Notes under the pieces: generated by a model
Database searches by the model: none
Seen by the model: only the letters and a program-made list of their open reading frames with translations
Told to the model about the DNA's origin: nothing
In this document: positions 1 through 9,336 of the stretch, piece by piece
Numbering within the stretch: position 1 is the first letter of the stretch
How the letters are laid out: each line of letters begins with the position of its first letter
Assembly (NCBI GenBank): GCA_029564175.1
Contig: JAKQQL010000215.1
Coordinates: forward strand, 1-64,000
Reading direction: 5' to 3'
DNA length: 64,000 nt
From: Candidatus Cloacimonadota bacterium
GTDB lineage: Bacteria > Cloacimonadota > Cloacimonadia > Cloacimonadales > WRIO01
Program-made: the position numbers and the translations under genes

Positions 1-1
1 G

Positions 2-980
2 CAAGCATTCATAAATAATCGCAACGTAGAACCTGAACCGTTAGCAATTAAATCATCATTAGCAACTCAAGCACAAACACCAGAAAAGCAAGCTAAACCT
101 GATTTTCTGGTAAAGACAGGAACTCAGGCCGAACACCAGCAGATTCATTTAAAACAAGAAGAAAATGAGCCAATAGCAGCTTCTGTTAAACATGATCCTT
201 TTTTCAAAGAAACCCCTATCAATCCTGTTAAAAACAATCATGAAGCATCATCTCAAAAGGTTCAGCAAGCATTCATAAATAATCGCAACGTGGAACCTGA
301 ATCATTAGCAAACAAAGCGTCAGATGCTATTCAAGTGCAAACACCAGAAAAGCAAGCTAAACCTGATTTTCAGGTAAAGACTGGTATTCAAACTGAACAA
401 CAACAGACTCAGTTAAATAAAGAGCATAAAGAACCATTTGTCGCTTCTGCTAAACAAGATCATTTCTCTAAAGAAACTCTTATCAATCCTGTTAAAAACA
501 ATCATGAAGTATCATCTCAAAAGGTTCAGCAAGCATTCATAAATAATCGCAACGTGAAACCTGAATCAAAGATTTCATTATCTGAACCGTTAGCTAATAA
601 ATCATCATTAGCAACTCAAGCACAAACACCAGAAAAGCAAACTAAACCTGACTTCCAGGTAAAAACTGGAGTTCAGACCGAACAACAACAGACTCAGTTA
701 AATAAAGAGCATAAAGAACCACTTGTAGCTTCTGCTAAACAAGATCCTTTCTCTAAAGAAACTCTTATCAATCCTGTTAAAAACAATCATGAAGCATTAT
801 CTCAAAAGGTTCAGCAAGCATTCATAAGTAATCGAAACGTAGAACCAGAATCAAAGATTTCATCATTTGAACCAACAGTAAACAAAGCATCAGATACAGT
901 TAAAGTGCAAACACCAGAAAAGCAAGCTAAACCTGATTTTCAGGTAAAGACTGGAACTCAGAACGAACAACAACAGACTC
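2..980 (+). repeat. In-frame tandem repeat, units of 264/264/285 bp (88/88/95 aa) plus a partial unit, within fliK
   Basis: The motif CAAGCATTCATAA(A/G)TAATCG recurs at 2, 266, 530 and 815. A 21-bp insert (SKISLSE/SKISSFE) marks the longer units. Confidence 0.95.
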
Positions 981-3358
981 GTATAATTAATTCTAAGAAT
1001 ACTTATTCTGAAAAAAAATCAAGGGATATGGGATTGAAATATACAGAGACAAATACTGCAAAAAGACAGATTTCAGATACTAAATCAAACCCAATTTTTG
1101 ATCATGATTCCATACAAGAAAATAATTATGATAAGAATTTAAATCATACAAAAAATATAAAAAAAGAAACACCTGAAAATAAAAATTATTTTTCTAAAAC
1201 TAATATTATAAAACAAACTGATTTAAGCATTCCAGATGATAATCAAACTATTATTCAACATACTGATACACAGAGTTTTGTAGAAAAGCATCCTTCTTAC
1301 AAAAAAAGTAACTATGAAAAGGATGATATAGTTGAAAAAGTAAGGATAGAGCATGTCGAGTCCACTTCGGAAAATCAGCTTTTAAACAGAAATGTTATCA
1401 AAAATGCAAAAGTTAACCTTGTTAAAGATGATAAATCTAATTTTAACACAAAAACTTATAGTTCTCATGATAATAATTTTAAAATATATCCTTCAGATAC
1501 ACTAGAACAAAATTCAAATAAGCATATTAAAGAATTTACACAAAATGATAAATCTTCTAAGTTAGAAAACAAAATTGATTTTCAGAATAAAATACTTCAA
1601 ACACCTGAAAAAAATCATACTAAATTATTCAATGATAATTCTACAGAATACATTATTAATCATAAGAGTGACCCCAAAAATAGCAAAATAAGCAGTAATC
1701 ATAACAATACTGCAATCGTACATAACTCTTTTAATGATTCTGATCAAACACCACTTTTTTCTACATCAGAACTTAATACAAAACCAAATTCATTAGAAAA
1801 AACTTCAAATACATTAAATTACAAAGAACCAACAGTTTCATCGGATAATTCTTCTGTTTATCAAGAAAAAGACCTAAACACAGAAGCTAGCGTTGTTACA
1901 AAAGACCAGCAAAATCGTTTCAAGCAACCTAATGTTTCAGAAAGAATTGTTCAACATTCTCTAAATCATAATTCAAAAACAATCGATCATGCAACTAAAA
2001 CTAATATGGATATTTTAAAGCCGATAAAAGCAAATCAGGAAAATTTTTCAAACAGAGTTAATGAAAAAGATACTGTAGAATTTTCAGATCATAATTATAA
2101 ATACCAATCAATGAGTAAACCAGATTTTCAAAACAATTTTTCATTTAACCAACATGAGCTGTCTTTTGGTTTTCAAAATAAGGAATCAAAACCGTTAAAG
2201 TTTTCAAACAAACAAGAGAAAGAAACAAACGAAAAAACTTCACACTTTGAGGCAGTTTCTCCTCAAAAAAGATCAAATATTTCCGGTAATTTATCTGATA
2301 ACGTTAGTGAAAAGATACATAATATGAATTCCAAAATAACTTCTACATCTCAAATTTTAAATTACAAACAGGATCTGAATGTTTTACCTGATTACAAGAA
2401 AAAAACAATAAATATAGAAGAAAAAAATACTAGTAACATTGTTTCAGAAAATTCACAAATTATTGAAAATAAAAGAAATAAGATAGTTGAAAAAGATATG
2501 GCACAACAAATGCAAAAAAATAATATATCGAGTGATAAAATTAGCTCAACAGAAAGAATGAAAGGGCGTGATGAGATGTTTTATGTTTTTGAAAACAGTA
2601 ATCAATCAGCTAAAGAATCTGGAATTGATATGATTCAGGATCATATCGATAACAGAGAGCCCTTTATTGTTCAATATCTAGATAATAATGGCCAGGAAAA
2701 AATCCAAACAATAGTAATTAACAATAAGACTGAAAAAAATAGTGAAAAAACTGAATTATCTCAAAATGAAAACAAATTATTCACTGAAAAGACTAATGCA
2801 TCAAATACAAAATCAAAACAACAAAATCAATCAGAGTTGAATCAGGAATCTAAATCACAAAATTATGAATCGTATAATCAAAACTATCAAACCTCTGATA
2901 GTCATACAAGTCAGGAATTTTCCAAGTTTGTTAACAGGATGTCGTTTACAGACTTTTTACCTAAATTGCAAGAAACAGTTCATCAGTTAAGACAAAACAA
3001 AAAGAACCAAAAAGCAGTTTTTGAAATTGAAACAGAAGAATTAGGATTAGTTAAAGCAAATATCGAAAAACACGGCGAAAAGATTTATGTACGTTTTGAA
3101 GTTGAAGATATTCAAAGACTAGAGTCTTTAAAAGAAAATATGAACCAATTAGAACAACAGTTAAAATCACAGGGATTTAACGATGTATTTGTTGAGTATG
3201 ATTTTAACAAAGAATCTAGTCAACATCAACCACAACACGCTTCAAAAAAATCTTCAAATCATCATTTTGGCCAAGAAGAACAAATAATAAGCTCTCAGAA
3301 TGATGATATCTTGATTAAAAAAGATTATGGATATAATTCAATCGAATATACAATATAA
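2..3358 (+). CDS. fliK: Flagellar hook-length control protein FliK, very long, 5'-truncated by the window edge
   Basis: Frame is open from position 2 (QAFINNRNVEPE...), so the GTG at 290 is internal. Low-complexity N/Q/K/S-rich body; C-terminal FliK-type domain (EIETEELGLVKANIE...LKENMNQLEQQLKSQG); directly upstream of flgD. Confidence 0.8.
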   Translation, partial: QAFINNRNVEPEPLAIKSSLATQAQTPEKQAKPDFLVKTGTQAEHQQIHLKQEENEPIAASVKHDPFFKETPINPVKNNHEASSQKVQQAFINNRNVEPESLANKASDAIQVQTPEKQAKPDFQVKTGIQTEQQQTQLNKEHKEPFVASAKQDHFSKETLINPVKNNHEVSSQKVQQAFINNRNVKPESKISLSEPLANKSSLATQAQTPEKQTKPDFQVKTGVQTEQQQTQLNKEHKEPLVASAKQDPFSKETLINPVKNNHEALSQKVQQAFISNRNVEPESKISSFEPTVNKASDTVKVQTPEKQAKPDFQVKTGTQNEQQQTRIINSKNTYSEKKSRDMGLKYTETNTAKRQISDTKSNPIFDHDSIQENNYDKNLNHTKNIKKETPENKNYFSKTNIIKQTDLSIPDDNQTIIQHTDTQSFVEKHPSYKKSNYEKDDIVEKVRIEHVESTSENQLLNRNVIKNAKVNLVKDDKSNFNTKTYSSHDNNFKIYPSDTLEQNSNKHIKEFTQNDKSSKLENKIDFQNKILQTPEKNHTKLFNDNSTEYIINHKSDPKNSKISSNHNNTAIVHNSFNDSDQTPLFSTSELNTKPNSLEKTSNTLNYKEPTVSSDNSSVYQEKDLNTEASVVTKDQQNRFKQPNVSERIVQHSLNHNSKTIDHATKTNMDILKPIKANQENFSNRVNEKDTVEFSDHNYKYQSMSKPDFQNNFSFNQHELSFGFQNKESKPLKFSNKQEKETNEKTSHFEAVSPQKRSNISGNLSDNVSEKIHNMNSKITSTSQILNYKQDLNVLPDYKKKTINIEEKNTSNIVSENSQIIENKRNKIVEKDMAQQMQKNNISSDKISSTERMKGRDEMFYVFENSNQSAKESGIDMIQDHIDNREPFIVQYLDNNGQEKIQTIVINNKTEKNSEKTELSQNENKLFTEKTNASNTKSKQQNQSELNQESKSQNYESYNQNYQTSDSHTSQEFSKFVNRMSFTDFLPKLQETVHQLRQNKKNQKAVFEIETEELGLVKANIEKHGEKIYVRFEVEDIQRLESLKENMNQLEQQLKSQGFNDVFVEYDFNKESSQHQPQHASKKSSNHHFGQEEQIISSQNDDILIKKDYGYNSIEYTI

Positions 3359-3373
3359 AAGAAAGGAGATAAA

Positions 3374-4162
3374 ATGAGTAGCGATCTTGTTGGAATATCT
3401 GATAACGCACAAAGTACTGCATCTCAAACGCTTACTAAAAAATCTATTATGGGTAAAGATGAATTTCTAGAGTTGCTAACTACACAGTTAAAGTATCAGG
3501 ATCCAATGAATCCAGTCTCCAATGACCAATTTGCAACTCAATTAGCACAGTTTAGTCAATTGGAAACACTTCAAAATATCAATGAAAACATTCAGTCTCA
3601 AATTCTGATCAGTCAGTCCATGAACAACTCATATATGATTTCATTGATTGGAAAGGCTGTTAAGTCTTCTGGAAACGGATTTACTCATGTTGAGGGAGAA
3701 AAATCATCGATGTATTTTGAGTTACCAAGAGATGCAAGCAATGTAACTGTAAAAATTTACGATGAAAATGGTAAACAGGTTTCTACAATGACAGCGAATA
3801 ATGTTAAGGCTGGAGAAAGAGCGTTTCAGTGGGATGGAAGAGACAGTAATGGCAAAAGCAGTGATTCCGGATATTATACTTTTTCGGTTGAAGCTAAGGA
3901 TGCCTATGGTTCCGTTACTGCTGAAACAATTAACTATGGTGTTGTTAAAGGGATTACTTATTCTGGAGGAACTCCATATCTTTTAGTAAACGGACAAACT
4001 GTATCCTTAAGTGATATCTGGTCTGTTGAACAGTATCAAAATGGAAGTAACTCAACAAATACTTCTGGTAACAATACTACAACAACTATGAGCAAACCAG
4101 GCATTTCAAATACTGTCAATGAAGAACTCAGCAGGTTTATTTCCAGAGTAATGGGACAGTAA
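3374..4162 (+). CDS. flgD: Flagellar hook capping protein FlgD
   Basis: MGKDEFLELLTTQLKYQDPMNP...QLAQFSQLE motif and FlgD Ig domain (FQWDGRDSNG); RBS AAGGAG. Confidence 0.95.
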   Translation: MSSDLVGISDNAQSTASQTLTKKSIMGKDEFLELLTTQLKYQDPMNPVSNDQFATQLAQFSQLETLQNINENIQSQILISQSMNNSYMISLIGKAVKSSGNGFTHVEGEKSSMYFELPRDASNVTVKIYDENGKQVSTMTANNVKAGERAFQWDGRDSNGKSSDSGYYTFSVEAKDAYGSVTAETINYGVVKGITYSGGTPYLLVNGQTVSLSDIWSVEQYQNGSNSTNTSGNNTTTTMSKPGISNTVNEELSRFISRVMGQ

Positions 4163-4172
4163 GGAGAAAAAA

Positions 4173-4565
4173 ATGATTAACAGAATTGTAAATCAGGTAC
4201 CTATTCCGGTTAATTCAGAGTATTCTGTCAATCAACAAAACACCAGTATAGAAAACAAAAGACAACAAAGTTTTGCAGAAATACTCAATGAACAGCTAAA
4301 GCCCAAAGAATTATCGTTCTCTGCTCATGCGCTAAACAGATTGGAACAAAGAAATATCTCTCTCAATGAGAGTGACAAGTCCCGTCTGGAAGATGCTGTA
4401 AGCAGGATTTCTCAAAAAGGGGGAAGAGATTCTTTGATTATGATGGATAATGTCGCTTATGTGGTAAACATCCCAAACCGGACAGTGGTTACGGCGATGG
4501 ATCAAAATTCAATTAAAGAAAATATATTTACACAAATTGACAGTGCAATGATCTTAGAAAGTTAA
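4173..4565 (+). CDS. Flagellar operon protein (TIGR02530 family)
   Basis: LSFSAHALNRLEQRNI...KGGRDSLI...NRTVVTAMD...NIFTQIDSA pattern; typical position between flgD and flgE. Confidence 0.85.
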   Translation: MINRIVNQVPIPVNSEYSVNQQNTSIENKRQQSFAEILNEQLKPKELSFSAHALNRLEQRNISLNESDKSRLEDAVSRISQKGGRDSLIMMDNVAYVVNIPNRTVVTAMDQNSIKENIFTQIDSAMILES

Positions 4566-4616
4566 AGGCTGGACCTCACAGAGGGAGCCTCCGGGTGCTG
4601 AACGACAGATGCACCC
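4566..4616 (+). promoter_or_regulatory. GC-rich two-hairpin RNA element in the flgE leader
   Basis: AGGCT-GGA-CCTC-ACA-GAGG-G-AGCCT followed by GGGTGC-TGAACGACAGAT-GCACCC; no U-tract; 14 nt upstream of the AGGAGG RBS. Confidence 0.6.
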
Positions 4617-4641
4617 TTAATAAATAAAACAGGAGGAAAAA

Positions 4642-7392
4642 ATGTTAAGATCACTTTATTCAGGAATCACTGGTGTTAAGAACCAACAAGCTCAAATGGA
4701 TGTTATATCCAATAATATAGCAAATGTAAATACTACCGGTTTCAAATCAAATCGTATCACTTTTGCTGATGCATTATCAGAAACAATCTCAGGCGCTAGA
4801 GGAACAGCAGGTAACTTTGGTGGTGCAAACCCTGTTCAGATTGGTAGAGGATCCGTTATCTCAAGTGTTGATACAAATTATAAACAAGGTTCTCTTGATT
4901 CTACAGGTCAGGTGACTGACCTAGCTATCAATGGCAAAGGATTTTTTGTTGTAACAGACGGAACCAGAAGATTTTTTTCCAGAGCAGGCGCTTTACAGGT
5001 GCAGGATGATGGTAGTTTAATGTCTCAGGGTGGAAATTACTATATGATGGGTAGAGCTGCCGATACCGATGGTAATTTACCTTCAACTACAGCTATACAA
5101 AAAATAGTTTTACCTTTTGGTCGTAAAGAGCCGGCTAAGGCAACCAGTAATATTGATTTGTACTGTAACCTGGATAAAAATGGTTCAAAGATCGAAGAAT
5201 GGGTTGGTGGTGCTGCTTTTAAAACATCAAATGGGAAAGCAGCAAATGGTGCAACAGATCTTGCTGAGATTGACGGTTTAAAGATGCATCTGGGCGATCA
5301 GATAGAAATAACAGGTACATTAAAAGATGGTACAAAAATTTTAAGCAGTGATAATCAAAACTGGACATTTACTTATGGAAAAGACGGTACAACAATCGAT
5401 GATTTAATGAATAAAATCAATCAGGCTTACAACAGTACAAGTATAGATGGTTCAACCTGTTCAATTGATCAGAATGGTAAGTTTAGATTAATTGCCAATA
5501 GTGGTGGTGAAAACAATACAACTATTTTCCTGACTGCAACAACTAAGCATACAGCAACAACTGAAAGTCATGAGTCTGAAGATAAACTGGAAAGTATAAA
5601 CTATCCAATGTCAGTACTTGAATCAGATGATTCAAACAACTATCCGTTAACAATTAATATAACCGGATATGAAAACAATGAAACACCTCCAACCGATGCT
5701 TATGTCATTGCGAATAAAAATGTAACAGTTAATTCTATTCTTAATGATTTGAATTCACAAAGTGGAACTGCCAGATTTTATGCAGAATTGGATGGTAACA
5801 ACATAGTCATAAAGAATAAAAGTGACAATAGCATTGCATATCAATTTACTAATACTCTTTCAACTATTCAAAATGCATCAATAACTTCAGATCTGTTAGA
5901 CATAAGTGGTGCTTATATGGAGATTGGTGGTCAATTAAAAATTGAAGGTACAAATCCTGATGGCACATATAAGAGTTCTATATTTACTTATGGAGCAAAA
6001 GAAGATGGTTATGACGGAAAATCAATGAAGGATTTATTATCAAAGATTAACTCTACATTTTATGGTGTAACAGCTACATTTGATAATACAACAGGAAAGA
6101 TTAAACTTACTGACAACTCATCAGGTGAAAGTCATACTTCAATTTGGATGTCGAATATGGGATCAACAAAAGGTTTTGATATTGAATTTACTAAAGAAAA
6201 ATTTGAAATGAAAACAGCTTTTACTTATACTAATACAGCGAATACTCCTCCAACTTTAGATAATGCAGATTCTACAACATTAATCAATGAATTAAACCAG
6301 ATAAGTTCTGCATATCAAGATAATGATCAAATCAAAGTGTTAGCGACATTAATGGATGGAACAACAAAATCATATACATATTCTTACACCACCGGTGATA
6401 CATTAAATGATTTAGTTAGTCAGATAAACAATAGTAATGAATTTCCTGGGATGAATGCTGAATTGATTAATGGAAAGATTGTTTTTTCAGATTCAGATCT
6501 TTCTGATGATTACAATTATACTTCATTTCAAATTGTTGAAGGATCACGCCCTGACGGAACATTGAATAAAGGAGCTGGTTTAGCTTCATTTTTTGAGAAT
6601 AGTGCAGGCAGCTCGGCTGGATCGAATAACTCTGTTATCCAGCTTCCATCATTTGCTGTTCAGGTTGAAGGTGAAACAGGAAAACACAGCACCACGATTG
6701 ATGTTTACGATAATATTGGTCAAAAACATACTGTAGAAATCAATTATACTCAGGATACCCAGCCTGGTACCAACAAATGGTTCTGGAATATTGTGATTGA
6801 TGATGGAAAGATCGCTCCTCATTCAGGTAACAGTGGAACTGCCAGCTTTAATGAAGATGGATCCCTTAAGGCTTTCTTATACGATAATGGCGATGCCCTT
6901 AAATTCAATGCACCTGGTGGTGGTGAAGTCAGTATTAGTCTGAATGCAGGTAATGCCGGATCATTTACAGGAATGACTCAGCTTGCATCTGCAAGTACCA
7001 ATGTGGCAATTCAACAGGATGGTTATGCACTTGGTGTATTGAATAACATCAATGTGGATGACCAGGGAATTATATCCGGTATCTATTCTAATGGTGTTAC
7101 CAAAACTTTGGCCCAGATAGCTCTTGCAAACTTTACCAATGAATCAGGATTACAAAAAGAAGGTAACAGCCTTTATTCTTCAAATGGTTCATCTGGTAAT
7201 GCAATTATTGGTTGGGCAGGTGAAAACAACAAAACTGTTATCAAAGCAGGTTATCTGGAGAGTTCAAATGTCGATCTAACCGATGAATTTGCAAAACTGA
7301 TTATCTCTCAGAGAGCACTGGAAGCAAACTCTAAGGTGATCAATACTGCTGATACCATTCTATCAACCATTATAGATCGTATGAAACGATAA
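4642..7392 (+). CDS. flgE: Flagellar hook protein FlgE (916 aa, large central insertions)
   Basis: N-terminal MLRSLYSGITG...ISNNIANVNTTGFK; DLAINGKGFF; C-terminal GYLESSNVDLTDEFAKLIISQR. Confidence 0.97.
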   Translation: MLRSLYSGITGVKNQQAQMDVISNNIANVNTTGFKSNRITFADALSETISGARGTAGNFGGANPVQIGRGSVISSVDTNYKQGSLDSTGQVTDLAINGKGFFVVTDGTRRFFSRAGALQVQDDGSLMSQGGNYYMMGRAADTDGNLPSTTAIQKIVLPFGRKEPAKATSNIDLYCNLDKNGSKIEEWVGGAAFKTSNGKAANGATDLAEIDGLKMHLGDQIEITGTLKDGTKILSSDNQNWTFTYGKDGTTIDDLMNKINQAYNSTSIDGSTCSIDQNGKFRLIANSGGENNTTIFLTATTKHTATTESHESEDKLESINYPMSVLESDDSNNYPLTINITGYENNETPPTDAYVIANKNVTVNSILNDLNSQSGTARFYAELDGNNIVIKNKSDNSIAYQFTNTLSTIQNASITSDLLDISGAYMEIGGQLKIEGTNPDGTYKSSIFTYGAKEDGYDGKSMKDLLSKINSTFYGVTATFDNTTGKIKLTDNSSGESHTSIWMSNMGSTKGFDIEFTKEKFEMKTAFTYTNTANTPPTLDNADSTTLINELNQISSAYQDNDQIKVLATLMDGTTKSYTYSYTTGDTLNDLVSQINNSNEFPGMNAELINGKIVFSDSDLSDDYNYTSFQIVEGSRPDGTLNKGAGLASFFENSAGSSAGSNNSVIQLPSFAVQVEGETGKHSTTIDVYDNIGQKHTVEINYTQDTQPGTNKWFWNIVIDDGKIAPHSGNSGTASFNEDGSLKAFLYDNGDALKFNAPGGGEVSISLNAGNAGSFTGMTQLASASTNVAIQQDGYALGVLNNINVDDQGIISGIYSNGVTKTLAQIALANFTNESGLQKEGNSLYSSNGSSGNAIIGWAGENNKTVIKAGYLESSNVDLTDEFAKLIISQRALEANSKVINTADTILSTIIDRMKR

Positions 7393-7402
7393 ATAGCTTA
7401 AT

Positions 7403-7439
7403 CAAGTGGGCAAGCTTGCTTGCCCATTTGTTTTTTTTT
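7403..7439 (+). terminator. Rho-independent terminator after flgE
   Basis: CAAGTGGGCAAG-CTTG-CTTGCCCATTTG followed by T9. Confidence 0.9.
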
Positions 7440-7444
7440 AAAAC

Positions 7445-7472
7445 TAAAGTTTTCTGTAATTCTTGTCGATTA
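7445..7472 (+). promoter_or_regulatory. sigma28 (FliA/SigD)-type promoter for flbD-motAB-fli operon
   Basis: TAAA-N16-GTCGATTA versus consensus TAAA-N15/16-GCCGATAA; immediately after the flgE terminator. Confidence 0.65.
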
Positions 7473-7617
7473 TTGGGTGGAAGAAAAATAGAAGTGAATG
7501 AAATACCGAATAATCCAGCGTTATAAAATCGTAAAAATTTATAAAAATAAGATTATTTACAACAATTTATTGACTTTTTTAGTGTTTCTTATAAATTGGT
7601 TCAAGATTGGAGGTAAG

Positions 7618-7824
7618 ATGATTAGATTAACTAAAATCAATGGTCAGGAAATATATATCAATAATGACTTAATGGAATTTATCGAATCTACTCCGGATAC
7701 TATTATAAGTTTAACAACAGGGAAAAAACTCATAGTTAAAGAAACAATAGATGAAGTTATAGATAAAATTATTGAGTTTAAAAGCAGAGCATTTAAAAAT
7801 TGGGATTCTTCTCGAAAAAATTGA
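7618..7824 (+). CDS. flbD: Flagellar protein FlbD (SwrD)
   Basis: MIRLTKINGQEIYINNDLMEFIESTPDTIISLTTGKKLIVKE; true start at 7618 after GGAGGT RBS. Confidence 0.9.
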   Translation: MIRLTKINGQEIYINNDLMEFIESTPDTIISLTTGKKLIVKETIDEVIDKIIEFKSRAFKNWDSSRKN

Positions 7825-7832
7825 GGTAATTT

Positions 7833-8594
7833 ATGGATATCGGAACAGTTATAGGAATGGCATTGGCGTATGCCTTAGTCTTTGTGCCGATTATTTTAGC
7901 TGGAGATATGGGGTCATTTATTGATCCTGCATCAATAATGATTGTGATTGGTGGTGCCTTATCAGCTGTTTTAATGTCATATCCAATTCCTGAGCTAATG
8001 GGTGCAATGGGAGCTCTTAAAAAGGCTTTTTTTTCAAAACCACAAGATTACCCAAAAATGATTGACAGTCTTGTTGATTTAGGTGAAAAAGCACGTAGAG
8101 AAGGCTTATTGGCTTTAGAAAGAGAATTAGGAAATTTGTCTGATGAATTTTTAAAAAAGGCAATTCAATTAGCTGTGGATGGAAATGAAGTCCAGGTCAT
8201 TGAAGGCGTAATGGGTATTGAAATAGAAAACATTGAAGAAAGGCACAAAGTGGGAAAATCCATTTTTGATGCCTTAGGTTCATTAGCCCCTGCATTTGGG
8301 ATGATTGGTACGTTGATCGGTCTGATTCAGATGTTGAAAGCGCTTGACGATCCAAGTAATATTGGTGCTGGTATGGCTGTAGCGCTGATTACCACTTTTT
8401 ATGGTTCATTGATTGCTAATACTATTTGTATTCCACTGGCCACAAAACTGGATAGAAGATCAAAACTTGAAGTTCTCGAAAAAAATATAATTTTAAATGG
8501 TATTTTATCAATACAATCCGGAGATAATCCCCGTGTATTAAGAGATAAACTGGAAACCTTTATTGCTCCAAAACTAAGAAAAGGATCTAAATAA
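7833..8594 (+). CDS. motA: Flagellar stator A subunit (MotA/PomA type)
   Basis: ARREGLLALE; APAFGMIGTLIGLIQML; ALITTFYG. Confidence 0.95.
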   Translation: MDIGTVIGMALAYALVFVPIILAGDMGSFIDPASIMIVIGGALSAVLMSYPIPELMGAMGALKKAFFSKPQDYPKMIDSLVDLGEKARREGLLALERELGNLSDEFLKKAIQLAVDGNEVQVIEGVMGIEIENIEERHKVGKSIFDALGSLAPAFGMIGTLIGLIQMLKALDDPSNIGAGMAVALITTFYGSLIANTICIPLATKLDRRSKLEVLEKNIILNGILSIQSGDNPRVLRDKLETFIAPKLRKGSK

Positions 8595-9334
8595 TGGCTA
8601 AACAGAAAAAATGTCCAGAATGTCCAAAAGTTGGTGCGCCAGAGTACATGCTGACTTATGGTGATATGATGACATTACTGGTTACATTTTTCGTATTACT
8701 GATATCATTTTCTTCTATAGAACAGAATAAATTTTCAATGGCGACTACTTCACTTAAAGGTGCATTAGGTGTACTTCAATCTTCGAAAGGTCAGGTTTTA
8801 CCGATGACCAAGATGCCTCTTTTCTCAGTAGGACGAGGAAAAGCTGACAGACAAATAGAACAACTAATCCGACAGATGAAAGAAATGACCGCAAAATCAG
8901 GAGAATCTGACTTGTTGAAGGTAACAAGCAACAAAGATAATATTCATTTTAATCTTTCTGCACCTATGTTGTTTAACACAGGTGCTGCAGATCTAAAACC
9001 ATCAGCACTTCCTGTTTTAAAACTGATTGCTGATGTTTTAGTCTTGTTTCCTTATGAAATAAGAATTGAAGGACATACTGATAATCTCCCAATCAATAAA
9101 CCTGAGTTTCCTTCAAACTGGGAACTTTCTTTTGCAAGAGCATTAGCTGTTACAAGGCAATTAATTGATTATGGAGTTAACAACAGTCGTTTTCAAGTGA
9201 TAGGTTATGGAGAAAATCGACCAATTGCTGATAATACTAACGAAGAAGGTCGATCATTAAACAGACGGGTTGAAATTTTTGTAAACTTAAAAGGCGAAGT
9301 TCGTAGGAATATAATCTCTAATGTAGGAGAATAA
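8594..9334 (+). CDS. motB: Flagellar stator B subunit (MotB/PomB type)
   Basis: TYGDMMTLLVTFFVLL transmembrane segment; OmpA-like domain EGHTD...NWELSFARA...NRRVEI. Confidence 0.95.
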   Translation: MAKQKKCPECPKVGAPEYMLTYGDMMTLLVTFFVLLISFSSIEQNKFSMATTSLKGALGVLQSSKGQVLPMTKMPLFSVGRGKADRQIEQLIRQMKEMTAKSGESDLLKVTSNKDNIHFNLSAPMLFNTGAADLKPSALPVLKLIADVLVLFPYEIRIEGHTDNLPINKPEFPSNWELSFARALAVTRQLIDYGVNNSRFQVIGYGENRPIADNTNEEGRSLNRRVEIFVNLKGEVRRNIISNVGE

Positions 9335-9336
9335 TA

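Noticed and set aside
2..980. CRISPR array or mobile repeat
   Set aside because: Units are 264-285 bp, in frame, with no unique spacers; they are protein-coding repeats.
4566..4616. c-di-GMP riboswitch or terminator upstream of flgE
   Set aside because: Lacks the c-di-GMP-I GGCAAA/GNRA-receptor pattern, is too short for class II, and has no U-tract.
7498..7617. N-terminal extension of FlbD in the ORF track
   Set aside because: RBS and family homology begin at 7618; the extension is leader sequence.
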